From: Candidatus Poribacteria bacterium
Lineage (GTDB): Bacteria; Poribacteria; WGA-4E; WGA-3G
NCBI GenBank assembly: GCA_965242965.1
Contig: OZ251518.1
Coordinates: forward strand, 2,368,001-2,432,000
Direction: 5' to 3'
Length of the DNA: 64,000 nucleotides
The position numbers and the translations under genes are program-made. Within the stretch, counting starts at the first letter, position 1. Each line of letters begins with the position of its first letter. Below are positions 30,012 through 39,136 of this stretch, one piece after another. The notes under the pieces are model-generated. The model did no database searches. It saw only the letters and a list, made by a program, of their open reading frames with translations, and was not told the DNA's origin.

Positions 30012-30845
30012 ATGGCATATAGCAATGTGCCTATCGGAACATCTAACCCCGGATGCATTGTCATCTTAGTCGACCAGTCGTGGTCGATGAGTGAAGGTTG
30101 GCAAACGGGCACTAAGGCGGAGATTGCAGCGATCGCCGTTAATCGCGTCATTGAGGAGCTGGTCTTGGCCTGCCGCCGCGGAGACGTGATTAGAGAACGG
30201 TGCCATATATCCGTGATTGGTTATGGTGGAGACGTTGAATGTCTCGTAGAAGGGATGATTTCAGAGATGACTTCGGCACTGATTGAAGTCAGGAAGGGCA
30301 AAAAGTTGATACCGGATGGCGCGGGCGGTGTCATTGAAATTGACTACGAAATGCCAATTTGGCTGGAACCACGGGCGGATAACGGCACACCGATGCATAC
30401 CGCTTTTGAGTTCGCCGCCGATGTCGTTGAGCAGTGGTGTGTCAAGTGGCCAAACAGTTTCCCGCCCATTGTTATTAACATTACCGATGGCGCGGCCTCG
30501 CATGCCAATTTAACAGTGAATGCCGCGCAACGAGTGATGCATCTCCAGACATCGGATGGGAACGCCTTAGTCTTCAACCTGCATATAGCTAGCAGTGGCA
30601 ACAGTGCATTTTTGCCGAGTAGCACTGCACAATTTGCGGGTGACTTCTTAGCAGGATTCCTTTTTGAAATTTCTAGCGTTTTGCCGTCCTCTTTACACGC
30701 GTCGGCGGAAAAAGAGGGGATTCTATTGGAAGCAGATGCTCGGTGTTTTCTCTATAATGGCAACGAAACCCAAATGATTAAACTTCTGCAATTTGGATCC
30801 CTGGATTTACCGCAAGTCCACGTTCTTCCTCAACCTTCGGCTTGA
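30012..30845 (+). CDS. vWA domain protein (TerY-like)
   Basis: MIDAS DQSWS, GTPM and INITDG motifs. Confidence 0.85.
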   Translation: MAYSNVPIGTSNPGCIVILVDQSWSMSEGWQTGTKAEIAAIAVNRVIEELVLACRRGDVIRERCHISVIGYGGDVECLVEGMISEMTSALIEVRKGKKLIPDGAGGVIEIDYEMPIWLEPRADNGTPMHTAFEFAADVVEQWCVKWPNSFPPIVINITDGAASHANLTVNAAQRVMHLQTSDGNALVFNLHIASSGNSAFLPSSTAQFAGDFLAGFLFEISSVLPSSLHASAEKEGILLEADARCFLYNGNETQMIKLLQFGSLDLPQVHVLPQPSA

Positions 30846-30849
30846 TGTG

Positions 30850-31725
30850 ATGATAACTTTAACGACGCGCTCTTTCGTGACTCATAAAAAGGCGGAAAGC
30901 CTGGATGATTGTCAAGATGCATCCGCGGTTAATGAAAACACCGCGCGCTACGCCATCGCTGATGGCGCGACCCGGTCATTCTTCCCGAAATGGTGGGCAG
31001 AACTCCTCGTAAGACACTTCTGCGAAACCGAAACGCTGTCTTTGGATAAAGCGAATTGGGCAGAATGGTTACACCCTATTCAACACAAATGGTATCAGAA
31101 GGTATCAGAAAGGGTAAAATCCCGGAACCTATTTTACCTCACTAATTCCTTCAACGCCAATGACCCGGCCACATCTACTTTTATCGGACTTGAATTCGAC
31201 AAACTGAAAGCGGCGTGGCAAGCGATGATTATCGGTGACAGTTGTCTTTTTCACTATACGGACACTGAACTAAAAAGTTATCTCATCGATAATTCCGAAT
31301 TTTTTACGAATCGCCCCGAGGCTCTTGCGAGTTTTGCCGACAAGAACCACTATACCCCTGAATTTATCAGCGGCGGCGTTAAGCCGGGGGACACTTTTAT
31401 CTTAGCGACAGACGCTTTGGCAAAATGGATCCTGGAACATAAGGAATCGGGGAGATTAGACCAGGCACTTGCCCAACTCAACGCGATAAAAACGGAGGAT
31501 GCCTTTTCCACGTTCGTTGATGAAGCGCGCAAGGCTGAAGATATTCGTCTCGTTAATGACGACGTAACGCTTATGCTAATTTCGGTTGAAAAATCTCAAC
31601 GAGAAGTTCCACCGGATCCAGTGTTGCCGCGATTACTTTTTTGGGGGATTCTCGCCACCGGCGCGTTTGGCATTTTCGTTTGGTTTCTCATGCTTCTTTG
31701 GAGATTCCTCAAGAGAGATGATTAA
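30850..31725 (+). CDS. PP2C-like protein phosphatase with a C-terminal TM anchor
   Basis: CQDA, AIADGAT, IGDSCL, LATDAL and DDVTL motifs; hydrophobic C-terminal helix. Confidence 0.85.
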   Translation: MITLTTRSFVTHKKAESLDDCQDASAVNENTARYAIADGATRSFFPKWWAELLVRHFCETETLSLDKANWAEWLHPIQHKWYQKVSERVKSRNLFYLTNSFNANDPATSTFIGLEFDKLKAAWQAMIIGDSCLFHYTDTELKSYLIDNSEFFTNRPEALASFADKNHYTPEFISGGVKPGDTFILATDALAKWILEHKESGRLDQALAQLNAIKTEDAFSTFVDEARKAEDIRLVNDDVTLMLISVEKSQREVPPDPVLPRLLFWGILATGAFGIFVWFLMLLWRFLKRDD

Positions 31726-31740
31726 AAATTGGAGTGATTC

Positions 31741-34476
31741 ATGTCCTGGCCAAGCCGTGCCGATTACACACAGGCCGTACGCGATTATCCTGATCGCAGC
31801 CTGAAAGATACGAAGCTTGAAGGTGGAAAACCTAGGCGGGCGAAAGACAACTTCTTGGCAAGTTACGAAGGCGGGTGGTCCATAGTCTTCCCGATTGAGA
31901 AGGCTTCCAAAACTTTCGCGCTGCGATGTTGGATTAAAGATGTTGTTGATGCTGAAATTCGGTATCAAAAAATATCGGCGCATCTAGCTCAGGAGAATTT
32001 GCCTTACTTTGTAGACTTTGAATATGTCCCCGAAGGCATTTGGGTGAGGGGCACCAAATATCCCATCACTCGCATGGAATGGGCGAACGGGCTCCCGCTG
32101 CGCGCTTTCATTACGCAGAATCTGCAGGAAACCGACGTGTTCAGAACCGTTGCAACCGAATTTCAAAAAATGGTCGCAGCTCTCCATGTTCACGACATCT
32201 CGCACGGTGACCTGCAGGATGGCAACATTCTGCTCAACCGAAACGGGACTCAGGTTGACATCAAGTTGATAGACTACGACAGCGTTTTCGTCCCCGCGCT
32301 CCGTGGTTCTCCCGATAGCGGCATCGTCGGCCTTCCGGAATATCAACATCCGCGAAGAATCGCAGGCGGCGGACAAACCGGCGAAAAGGTGGACTATTTT
32401 TCGGAACTCGTCATCTATCTCTCCTTCCTAAGTCTCGCGGAAAAACCAGAGCTCTGGAATCAGTTTAAGGATAGCACTGGAGACGGCCTCCTCTTTTCAG
32501 CCGATGACTTTAAAAATCCCGACACCTCTGGCGTTTTCAGCGAACTTGGAAAGTTGTCGCCCGAGGTGCAGACACTCGCTGCAACGCTGAAGGATTTTTG
32601 TGCAGAAACAGCCATCGAACGGCTGGCACCGTTAGAGGATGTCTTGCCAGAACCACCGCATGAGAAATGTTATGAACAGGGAACGACTTACCTGCAGAAG
32701 GGACAATACTACGAGGCAGCTGACGAGTTCAGCAAGGCAATCTCCCTCAAACCCGATTTTAAGGAGGCCTATCACGCCCTGGGGTTCACTTACATGATGA
32801 TAGGGAAATTGGATGAGGCGAAAGAGGAAGCCGAAAACGCACTTGCAATTGATTCAGACTATGAACCTGCGCTCGGACTTTTGGACGCTATTCAACCTCG
32901 CCTTGTAACCGTTGATAAAATTCGCACCCTTCGCCGCCAAAACGAAGAGTTGCAAACTCAAATTGACGCACTCCACGCCGAAAATCAGGCGTTGCAAACT
33001 CAGAAGATGGATTTGGGAAAGCAACTGAACGACGCGCGGCAAGACTGGCAAACTGAAACATCGGATATTCGCGGCGAAAAACAGGTGTTGCAGAACGAGA
33101 TTGCTGAACTTCGCACCCAAAACCAAGGGTTGCAAACGGAGAAGGCGGATTTAGGAAAGCAACTGGACGGTGCGCGACAACATTTGGGGACAGAGACTGC
33201 TGAACTTTCCAGAGTTCGCAGCGGAAACCAAAAATTGCAAACCGAGGTCGCCGGACTTCGCAACGAAAACCAAGGGTTGCATGCCGAAACTGCTGAGTTT
33301 CAGACTCAAAACAGCGCGTTGCAGGAAGAAAAAACGGCTTTACAGCAGCAATTGGCCAGAGCGTTCCGACGTTGGATAACCGTTATTGGGGTATTAAGCG
33401 TGATTTGCGTTGCTTGTCTCATCGCGTTCTTCGTCCAATTCAACACCAAGGATGAAGCAGACTCCCAGGTTGGGTTGTTGCAGCAGGAATTGGATGAGAA
33501 GGATACCGAAATCCGCGGACTGGAATCTGCCTTGCAGGAATCGGCGCAAAGGGAAGAACAACTTCGCGGCCAAAACCAGAAGTTGAAAAATCAGAACGCG
33601 GCGTTGCTGAAGGAACTTGACATGGAGCGACAACAAAACCGGACATTGAGGAATCGAATTGCTGCGTTGCAGAAGGAACTTGACGAGCTGCGACCGGCTA
33701 ACGGGACTCCACCGCCATCAAATTCCGTTGATGCCAACATGGCACTGATTCCTGCGGGCCGGTTTCAGATGGGAAGCAAGAATGGTGAATTTGACGAAAA
33801 GCCGGTGCATACCGTCTACGTTGATGCATTTTATATTGACAAATATGAAGTGACAAACGCGCAATATAAGCAATTCGTTGATGCCAATCCTCAATGGAGG
33901 AAGAACCGCATTCCTCGCGCATATCATAACGGCAGTTACCTCAGCGATTGGAATCTGAATGATTATCCCGTCGGAAAAGGCGAGCATCCTGTCACCTATG
34001 TGAGTTGGTATGCAGCGATGGCTTACGCGCAATGGGCTGGCAAACGGCTTCCGACAGAAGCAGAATGGGAGAAAGCGGCGCGCGGTGGAGAGGTTGGACA
34101 GAGATACCCCTGGGGGAACTCTATTGATTCCGGCAAAGCAAACTACGGAACGAATAGTGGTGGGACCACCCGCGTAGGAAACTATCCTGCGAACAACTAT
34201 GGTTTATACGACATGACGGGTAACGTGAGGGAGTGGTGCCTTGATGCCTATCAGGGAGGATTCTATAAAAGTTCGCATCGGCGAAATCCGCTCGCCGGCG
34301 GCACGCTGACCGAGGTTGTGGAGAATTTCGCCAACCTGAAAGGTTCCCGCGTGTTGCGTGGGGGCTCATGGAGTAGTCCAGCCAGGGGGATGCGTGTCGC
34401 CGACCGCCTCGGGTATATGCCAACATACGCGTATCCATACGTCGGTTTCCGATGTGCGAAATCTGTAACCCGCTAA
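31741..34476 (+). CDS. Ser/Thr kinase-like - TPR - coiled coil - TM - coiled coil - FGE-sulfatase (CLec) domain protein
   Basis: HGDLQDGNILL, IDYDS, YQHP; TPRs; heptad repeats; WITVIGVLSVICVACLIAFFV helix; RLPTEAEWEKAARG, GLYDMTGNVREW, RGGSW, GFRC. Confidence 0.85.
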   Translation: MSWPSRADYTQAVRDYPDRSLKDTKLEGGKPRRAKDNFLASYEGGWSIVFPIEKASKTFALRCWIKDVVDAEIRYQKISAHLAQENLPYFVDFEYVPEGIWVRGTKYPITRMEWANGLPLRAFITQNLQETDVFRTVATEFQKMVAALHVHDISHGDLQDGNILLNRNGTQVDIKLIDYDSVFVPALRGSPDSGIVGLPEYQHPRRIAGGGQTGEKVDYFSELVIYLSFLSLAEKPELWNQFKDSTGDGLLFSADDFKNPDTSGVFSELGKLSPEVQTLAATLKDFCAETAIERLAPLEDVLPEPPHEKCYEQGTTYLQKGQYYEAADEFSKAISLKPDFKEAYHALGFTYMMIGKLDEAKEEAENALAIDSDYEPALGLLDAIQPRLVTVDKIRTLRRQNEELQTQIDALHAENQALQTQKMDLGKQLNDARQDWQTETSDIRGEKQVLQNEIAELRTQNQGLQTEKADLGKQLDGARQHLGTETAELSRVRSGNQKLQTEVAGLRNENQGLHAETAEFQTQNSALQEEKTALQQQLARAFRRWITVIGVLSVICVACLIAFFVQFNTKDEADSQVGLLQQELDEKDTEIRGLESALQESAQREEQLRGQNQKLKNQNAALLKELDMERQQNRTLRNRIAALQKELDELRPANGTPPPSNSVDANMALIPAGRFQMGSKNGEFDEKPVHTVYVDAFYIDKYEVTNAQYKQFVDANPQWRKNRIPRAYHNGSYLSDWNLNDYPVGKGEHPVTYVSWYAAMAYAQWAGKRLPTEAEWEKAARGGEVGQRYPWGNSIDSGKANYGTNSGGTTRVGNYPANNYGLYDMTGNVREWCLDAYQGGFYKSSHRRNPLAGGTLTEVVENFANLKGSRVLRGGSWSSPARGMRVADRLGYMPTYAYPYVGFRCAKSVTR

Positions 34477-34494
34477 CTCTTTACCGTTTTCTGT

Positions 34495-34524
34495 TTGCAA
34501 TCCGTTGCAAATATGTGGTATAAT
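34495..34524 (+). promoter_or_regulatory. sigma70 promoter of the ATPase-nuclease cassettes
   Basis: TTGCAA-18 nt-TATAAT with TG extension. Confidence 0.6.
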
Positions 34525-34574
34525 ATCCTCATGTTACATAAGAAGCAGTCTCCTGACGAATAGGGAAAATTATC

Positions 34575-36059
34575 ATGCAAAACGCCAAAGACGCGGGCGG
34601 CACGGTTCGCCTGAAACCCCCAGATGTCCAAATTTCTGTGCAGAATTTTGGGCCGATAACGCATGCGGACATCGATCTGCGTCCGCTGACGGTGTTTGTC
34701 GGGGAGAGCAATACCGGCAAGACTTACCTCGCCGCGCTGATTTATGCCCTGCATCAGCATTTTGAGGGATTTTCACGGTTCCCTCGGGCGTATCTGAATT
34801 TTGCTGACTTAGACTTTCGTTATCGCTATCCTTTGCGACATCACAATCCGGAAATGCAGTCCGAGTTAGACGAAGAGATGCGAGATATCCTTGAAAAGTT
34901 AAACGCGCCTGGGAGGCCGTTCAAGGTATCAGATTTACCACGGCAGTTAAGTGCTGTGTTGCAACGTAGCATTGAAGATGCTGAAAGTCTTGAAGACCAG
35001 GTTAAGCGATACTTCGATCTGGAGTCTGTCGCGGAACTAATCAGGTCTACGAGCGATTTCCCGCACAATGAAATGGCGATTACGTTGGAAGTTCGTGAGG
35101 ACAAGCAGACATGTTGGACCTGTAACATGCGTAACGGTAAGTATGGTACCGCGATAACGGGAGGTGTTGGCAAAAACCTGGTCCTTCTCTCCGCGCAAGA
35201 ATTAGCAGGTCAAGAAATACTAGATTTCGGAGAATTTGCGAGACTTCTGCCTGTTTCTAGGTGGGAAGCGGATGCGTACTATTTGCCTGCCGCGCGGAGC
35301 GGCATCATGCAAAGTCACCGCGTGATTGCGAGATCGCTTGTGAAGAGCGCAACTCGTGTCGGCGTAGACAGGTTTCGCGAGATACCGACGTTTTCGGGGA
35401 TGATAGCGGATTTCCTTGAGGAGATTATCGGCTACGAAGACCGGAATGGTGATTGGGACGAAATGACAAGCATCGCGAACCTGCTAGAGATGGAAGTGTT
35501 ACGGGGGAAGATTGAGGTTAAACATGCAGTGGCAGAGGGATATCCGGAATTCCTCTACCGTCCCAAGGATACAGCGCGCCCACTGCGTATGAGTCAATCG
35601 TCCTCAATGGTATCGGAACTTGCGCCGTTGGTGCTGTTTTTGCGCGGTATCGTTCGTCCGGGCGATTTGCTCATTATTGAAGAGCCTGAATCCCACTTGC
35701 ATCCCGGTGCACAAACCGCGATTGCCCTGACCCTTGCGCGTTTGGTTCGAGCAGGGGTGCGGGTGGTTGTGACGACACACAGTAGTTGGTTTCTCCAGCA
35801 AATTGCGAATCTCATTCGCGAAGGGGAAGTAAATAGGCTGGCAAACGGTATGCCAGCATCGGCGGACTGGTTCTGGAAAGAAGATGTTGGTGCATGGTGG
35901 TTCCACCGTGACAAACCAGTAACGGAAATTCCGTTTGACCTGATTGACGGGATAGAGCCGCGGGATTTCGGGGACGTTGCCGAAATACTCTACAATCGTT
36001 CGGTAACCCTCCAAGAGAAGCTCGTGAATAGGACAGGAGAACGACGTGAAATTGAATGA
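34575..36059 (+). CDS. AAA_15/AAA_21 ABC-type ATPase, cassette 1
   Basis: NFGPI, GESNTGKT, YLPAARSG, SSSMVSELAP, IEEPESHLHP and TTHS motifs. Confidence 0.85.
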   Translation: MQNAKDAGGTVRLKPPDVQISVQNFGPITHADIDLRPLTVFVGESNTGKTYLAALIYALHQHFEGFSRFPRAYLNFADLDFRYRYPLRHHNPEMQSELDEEMRDILEKLNAPGRPFKVSDLPRQLSAVLQRSIEDAESLEDQVKRYFDLESVAELIRSTSDFPHNEMAITLEVREDKQTCWTCNMRNGKYGTAITGGVGKNLVLLSAQELAGQEILDFGEFARLLPVSRWEADAYYLPAARSGIMQSHRVIARSLVKSATRVGVDRFREIPTFSGMIADFLEEIIGYEDRNGDWDEMTSIANLLEMEVLRGKIEVKHAVAEGYPEFLYRPKDTARPLRMSQSSSMVSELAPLVLFLRGIVRPGDLLIIEEPESHLHPGAQTAIALTLARLVRAGVRVVVTTHSSWFLQQIANLIREGEVNRLANGMPASADWFWKEDVGAWWFHRDKPVTEIPFDLIDGIEPRDFGDVAEILYNRSVTLQEKLVNRTGERREIE

Positions 36060-36609
36060 CGTTCTTTCGGAAATCCGAACACGAGTGGATAAAGACAGCC
36101 TGACAGACTCCTGCAGCGGTGAGGGATGTGACGTGGATATGACGGACATACCCGATGAGCGCGTGATAATCCTCGTGGAACATGAGTTTGAGTTGCGCGA
36201 AATGGAGGGTAGACGCTGCGACCGGCTCCTTTTCTTCACTGTTGACAACATCCTCTTCATCGTCCCAATTGAACTCAAAAGTGGGAACATTAGGGCATCA
36301 AGAGGAACCAGGCAGTTGCTTGGTGGTGTAAAACTCGCAAATCATTTAGTTCCAGAGGCGAACGATTTTGAAACCATTTGCCTCCCGGTATTGTTCAGTG
36401 GCAATGTCATTCATCCTGAACAGCACAAAAGGCTCAATCAACGTAGCGGAACTTTCCGAAACCAGTTTTTCAAGGTTAGAACAGCGCGATGCGGTAAGGA
36501 GCGGAGTTTAGCGGATGCTCTGTTCGGCGCGATCCCGAAAACCCCGCAGGAAGTGTTGGAAGAGCGCACGCGTATAAGGGATGTCGTATTGGGTGGACTT
36601 TCTAACTAA
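36046..36609 (+). CDS. Putative PD-(D/E)xK nuclease, cassette 1
   Basis: RCDRLLF...PIELKSG...QL pattern; overlaps the ATPase stop codon. Confidence 0.55.
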   Translation: MKLNDVLSEIRTRVDKDSLTDSCSGEGCDVDMTDIPDERVIILVEHEFELREMEGRRCDRLLFFTVDNILFIVPIELKSGNIRASRGTRQLLGGVKLANHLVPEANDFETICLPVLFSGNVIHPEQHKRLNQRSGTFRNQFFKVRTARCGKERSLADALFGAIPKTPQEVLEERTRIRDVVLGGLSN

Positions 36610-36653
36610 TCAAGGTTCCATTGTGGAATTGAGACGAAAACGGAGAGATTATC

Positions 36654-37853
36654 ATGCAAAACACCAAAAAAACAACGCCCCCGAATATCCACCTCGCGGT
36701 GAAGAATTTTGGGCCGATAGGGAGTGCGGACATCGCGCTGCGTCCACTGACGGTGTTTGTCGGGGAGAGCAATACCGGCAAGACTTACCTCGCCGCGCTG
36801 ATTTATGCCCTGCATCGCACCTTTCAGGTGCCAATGAAACATGGAGACATCGCAGGTGCAAAGTCTAACTTCGGGGATGCGGCGGCGTTTGAAGCCGAAC
36901 TCAAACGGTGTTTTGACATTGACGCTGTCTCGGCGTTAATCCGCGTGACTGACAAGGCTGCCTGCGATGAAATGCAGGTGAGACTCGCGGTCTGCGCGGA
37001 TAATCAGACTCGATGCGTCTTTCAGTTGCGCGCCACCAAACGCGGTATCGCTGTAGAGCACTCTATCGATCTGCCGCCGCGGTCAGAGTTGAAAGAGGCT
37101 GCGTCACTTAACGAACGGAGCCGTGCTTATTTCTTGCCAGCGGGCCGCCGTGGGCTGCTGCAGGCGCATGAGACAGGGGCCGCTGCTGTCAAGACAAACG
37201 GGTTTTCTACCGATTTCCTGCAGCAACTCATCGGTAACCACGAGATAGATAACGGGGGTTCTGCCAAACTGCGCGGCGTTGCCGACTTCCTAAGGGATGA
37301 GGTGCTGCGTGGGGAGATAGAAATGGAGCCGTCGGTGCCGGCAGGCTCTCCTGCATTTTTCTACCGTCCGCAGAAAACCTCGCGCGTGCTGCGGTTAAGT
37401 CACTCGTCATCGCAAGTCTCTGCACTTGCGCCGTTAGCGTTGTTTGTTCGGGCGGTGCTGCGTCCGGGGGATTTGCTCATTATTGAGGAGCCTGAGTCTC
37501 ACTTGCATCCAGGTGCACAAACCGCGATTGCCCTGACCCTGGCGCGTTTGGTTCGAGCGGGGGTGCGGGTGATTGTCACGACACATAGCGATTGGTTTCT
37601 CCAGCAACTCGGCAATCTCATTCTTGAGGGAGAATTAGAGAAACTGGGTGAACCTTACAGCCAGCACGGAGAGTGGTTGCAGCGTGAAGATATTGGCGCA
37701 TGGCTGTTCCAAGAACACGGGACGGTGGAAGAAATTCCGTTTGACATCGTTGGCGGCATAGAGCCTCTGGAATATGGTGTCATTGCCGAGGAACTCTACA
37801 ACCATACGGTGAACCTCCGTAGCCGATACAGAAATGCCACCGGTGAGGAATAG
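36654..37853 (+). CDS. AAA_15/AAA_21 ABC-type ATPase, cassette 2
   Basis: Same motifs as cassette 1, with a shorter central region. Confidence 0.85.
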   Translation: MQNTKKTTPPNIHLAVKNFGPIGSADIALRPLTVFVGESNTGKTYLAALIYALHRTFQVPMKHGDIAGAKSNFGDAAAFEAELKRCFDIDAVSALIRVTDKAACDEMQVRLAVCADNQTRCVFQLRATKRGIAVEHSIDLPPRSELKEAASLNERSRAYFLPAGRRGLLQAHETGAAAVKTNGFSTDFLQQLIGNHEIDNGGSAKLRGVADFLRDEVLRGEIEMEPSVPAGSPAFFYRPQKTSRVLRLSHSSSQVSALAPLALFVRAVLRPGDLLIIEEPESHLHPGAQTAIALTLARLVRAGVRVIVTTHSDWFLQQLGNLILEGELEKLGEPYSQHGEWLQREDIGAWLFQEHGTVEEIPFDIVGGIEPLEYGVIAEELYNHTVNLRSRYRNATGEE

Positions 37854-37859
37854 CGGAAC

Positions 37860-38378
37860 ATGCGTCAGACGAACACGAATGAGGTTCTTCAGCACATCCG
37901 GAGCCGGATAGGCGAAGAAAACCTTATTCAGAGAAATGCGTTCAACAAAGATGGATGTCGGGTGGATTTAACCGGCATCCAACAAGACAGAGTTGTCGTG
38001 GATATGGACAAAGTATTCCCCAGTGGACGAGATAGAGTGAAACTGTGTGATTGTGTCCTCTTCTACTTTGATTCTGACGCAAACTTCGTCACGGTTCCAA
38101 TAGAATGCACAACCGAGAAGAAGGTTGACGTATCAAAGGAATCCGAACAGTTGAAAGCCGGGGCAACCTACGCTGCTGAATTTGCCCCACCAAATGCTAA
38201 AAACTGCATCCCGATTCTTGTCTACAGTGGTGGGCTTCACAAAGTAGAAGTTGATGAACTCAGCAGACGGCGTTCCAAGGTCGGCTTCCGTGGGGGAGCC
38301 CCTGCCGATATTAGAACGACGAAATGTGGAATCCGCAGGAACATAACGACTGTGTTGTCCAAGGCAGGTAGCCTCTAA
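37860..38378 (+). CDS. Putative PD-(D/E)xK-fold protein, cassette 2 (degenerate ExK)
   Basis: LCDCVLF...PIECTT...QL; homologous to 36046-36609. Confidence 0.5.
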   Translation: MRQTNTNEVLQHIRSRIGEENLIQRNAFNKDGCRVDLTGIQQDRVVVDMDKVFPSGRDRVKLCDCVLFYFDSDANFVTVPIECTTEKKVDVSKESEQLKAGATYAAEFAPPNAKNCIPILVYSGGLHKVEVDELSRRRSKVGFRGGAPADIRTTKCGIRRNITTVLSKAGSL

Positions 38379-38429
38379 CCTCTTTCATCTTCGGGTATTG
38401 GCTTCGCTGATGTCCTTGAAACACGTGGT

Positions 38430-38503
38430 TGATTTATGCCCTGCATCGCATTTTTCTACTTTGCCACCGCCTTCGTCACAGTCCCTATGGCGCTCAAAAG
38501 TGG
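38430..38503 (+). pseudogene. Collapsed remnant of a third ATPase-nuclease cassette
   Basis: GATTTATGCCCTGCATCGCA (ATPase post-Walker A) joined to TTCTACTTT...TTCGTCACAGTCCCTATGGCGCTCAAAAGTGG (nuclease core). Confidence 0.6.
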
Positions 38504-38548
38504 TAGGGTCGCTGAAACAAGCCAAAGTGTTGCCTATATCAGATAAGT

Positions 38549-39072
38549 GAGGGTGTTTCATAAATCCGTTGGCGCGCCCTCCCGGTCTCGATGCAATAGG
38601 CAGAAAGCTCCTCCTTCATCGTAGGGCGAGGGCCTGTCCCTCCCCATCGTTCGCGCTACGGAAAAAACGTCTCTTCAGGTCCTTTAGGACCTGAATGTCT
38701 ATAGTCACGTGAGGCTGCGAAGAACGCTAAGGTCCTTTAGGTCCTTAATAGGTTTTGCCATGTCCGCGTGTGTTTTATTAAGGACCTAAAGGACCTTGAC
38801 GTGGGAGCGGCACGTGTTGCTATAGACATGTAGGTCCTAAAGGACCTAAGACGGCATCTTGACGATGGCCAACGCGGGGGACAGGCCCCCGCGCTACGGG
38901 AACATCAAGACCAGAGGGCTCGCCTACCGGATGCATCGAGACTGGTAGGAGGGACATCCTTGCCCCGATAGGCGCATCAACAAAACGCATCGAGACCAGG
39001 AGGTCTCTCCTACGGGAAAATCGCTCGCATCGAGACAGCGCGGGAGTGCCAACGGATTTAGGAAACCCCTTC
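38549..39072. mobile_element. Composite MITE with 19 bp TIRs and an 8 bp TSD
   Basis: GAGGGTGTTTCATAAATCC ... GGATTTAGGAAACCCCTTC; AGATAAGT at 38541-38548 and 39073-39080. Confidence 0.8.
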
Positions 39073-39136
39073 AGATAAGTGACGCTCAGTTTCGTAAAGA
39101 ACGCAAAATCAAAACAAAAAAGGAGCAATCCCTTTC

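Noticed and set aside
33740-34476. FGE-sulfatase C-terminus as an active DGR variable region
   Set aside because: No reverse transcriptase or adenine-variant template repeat is visible in this window; kept only as a check for the rest of the genome
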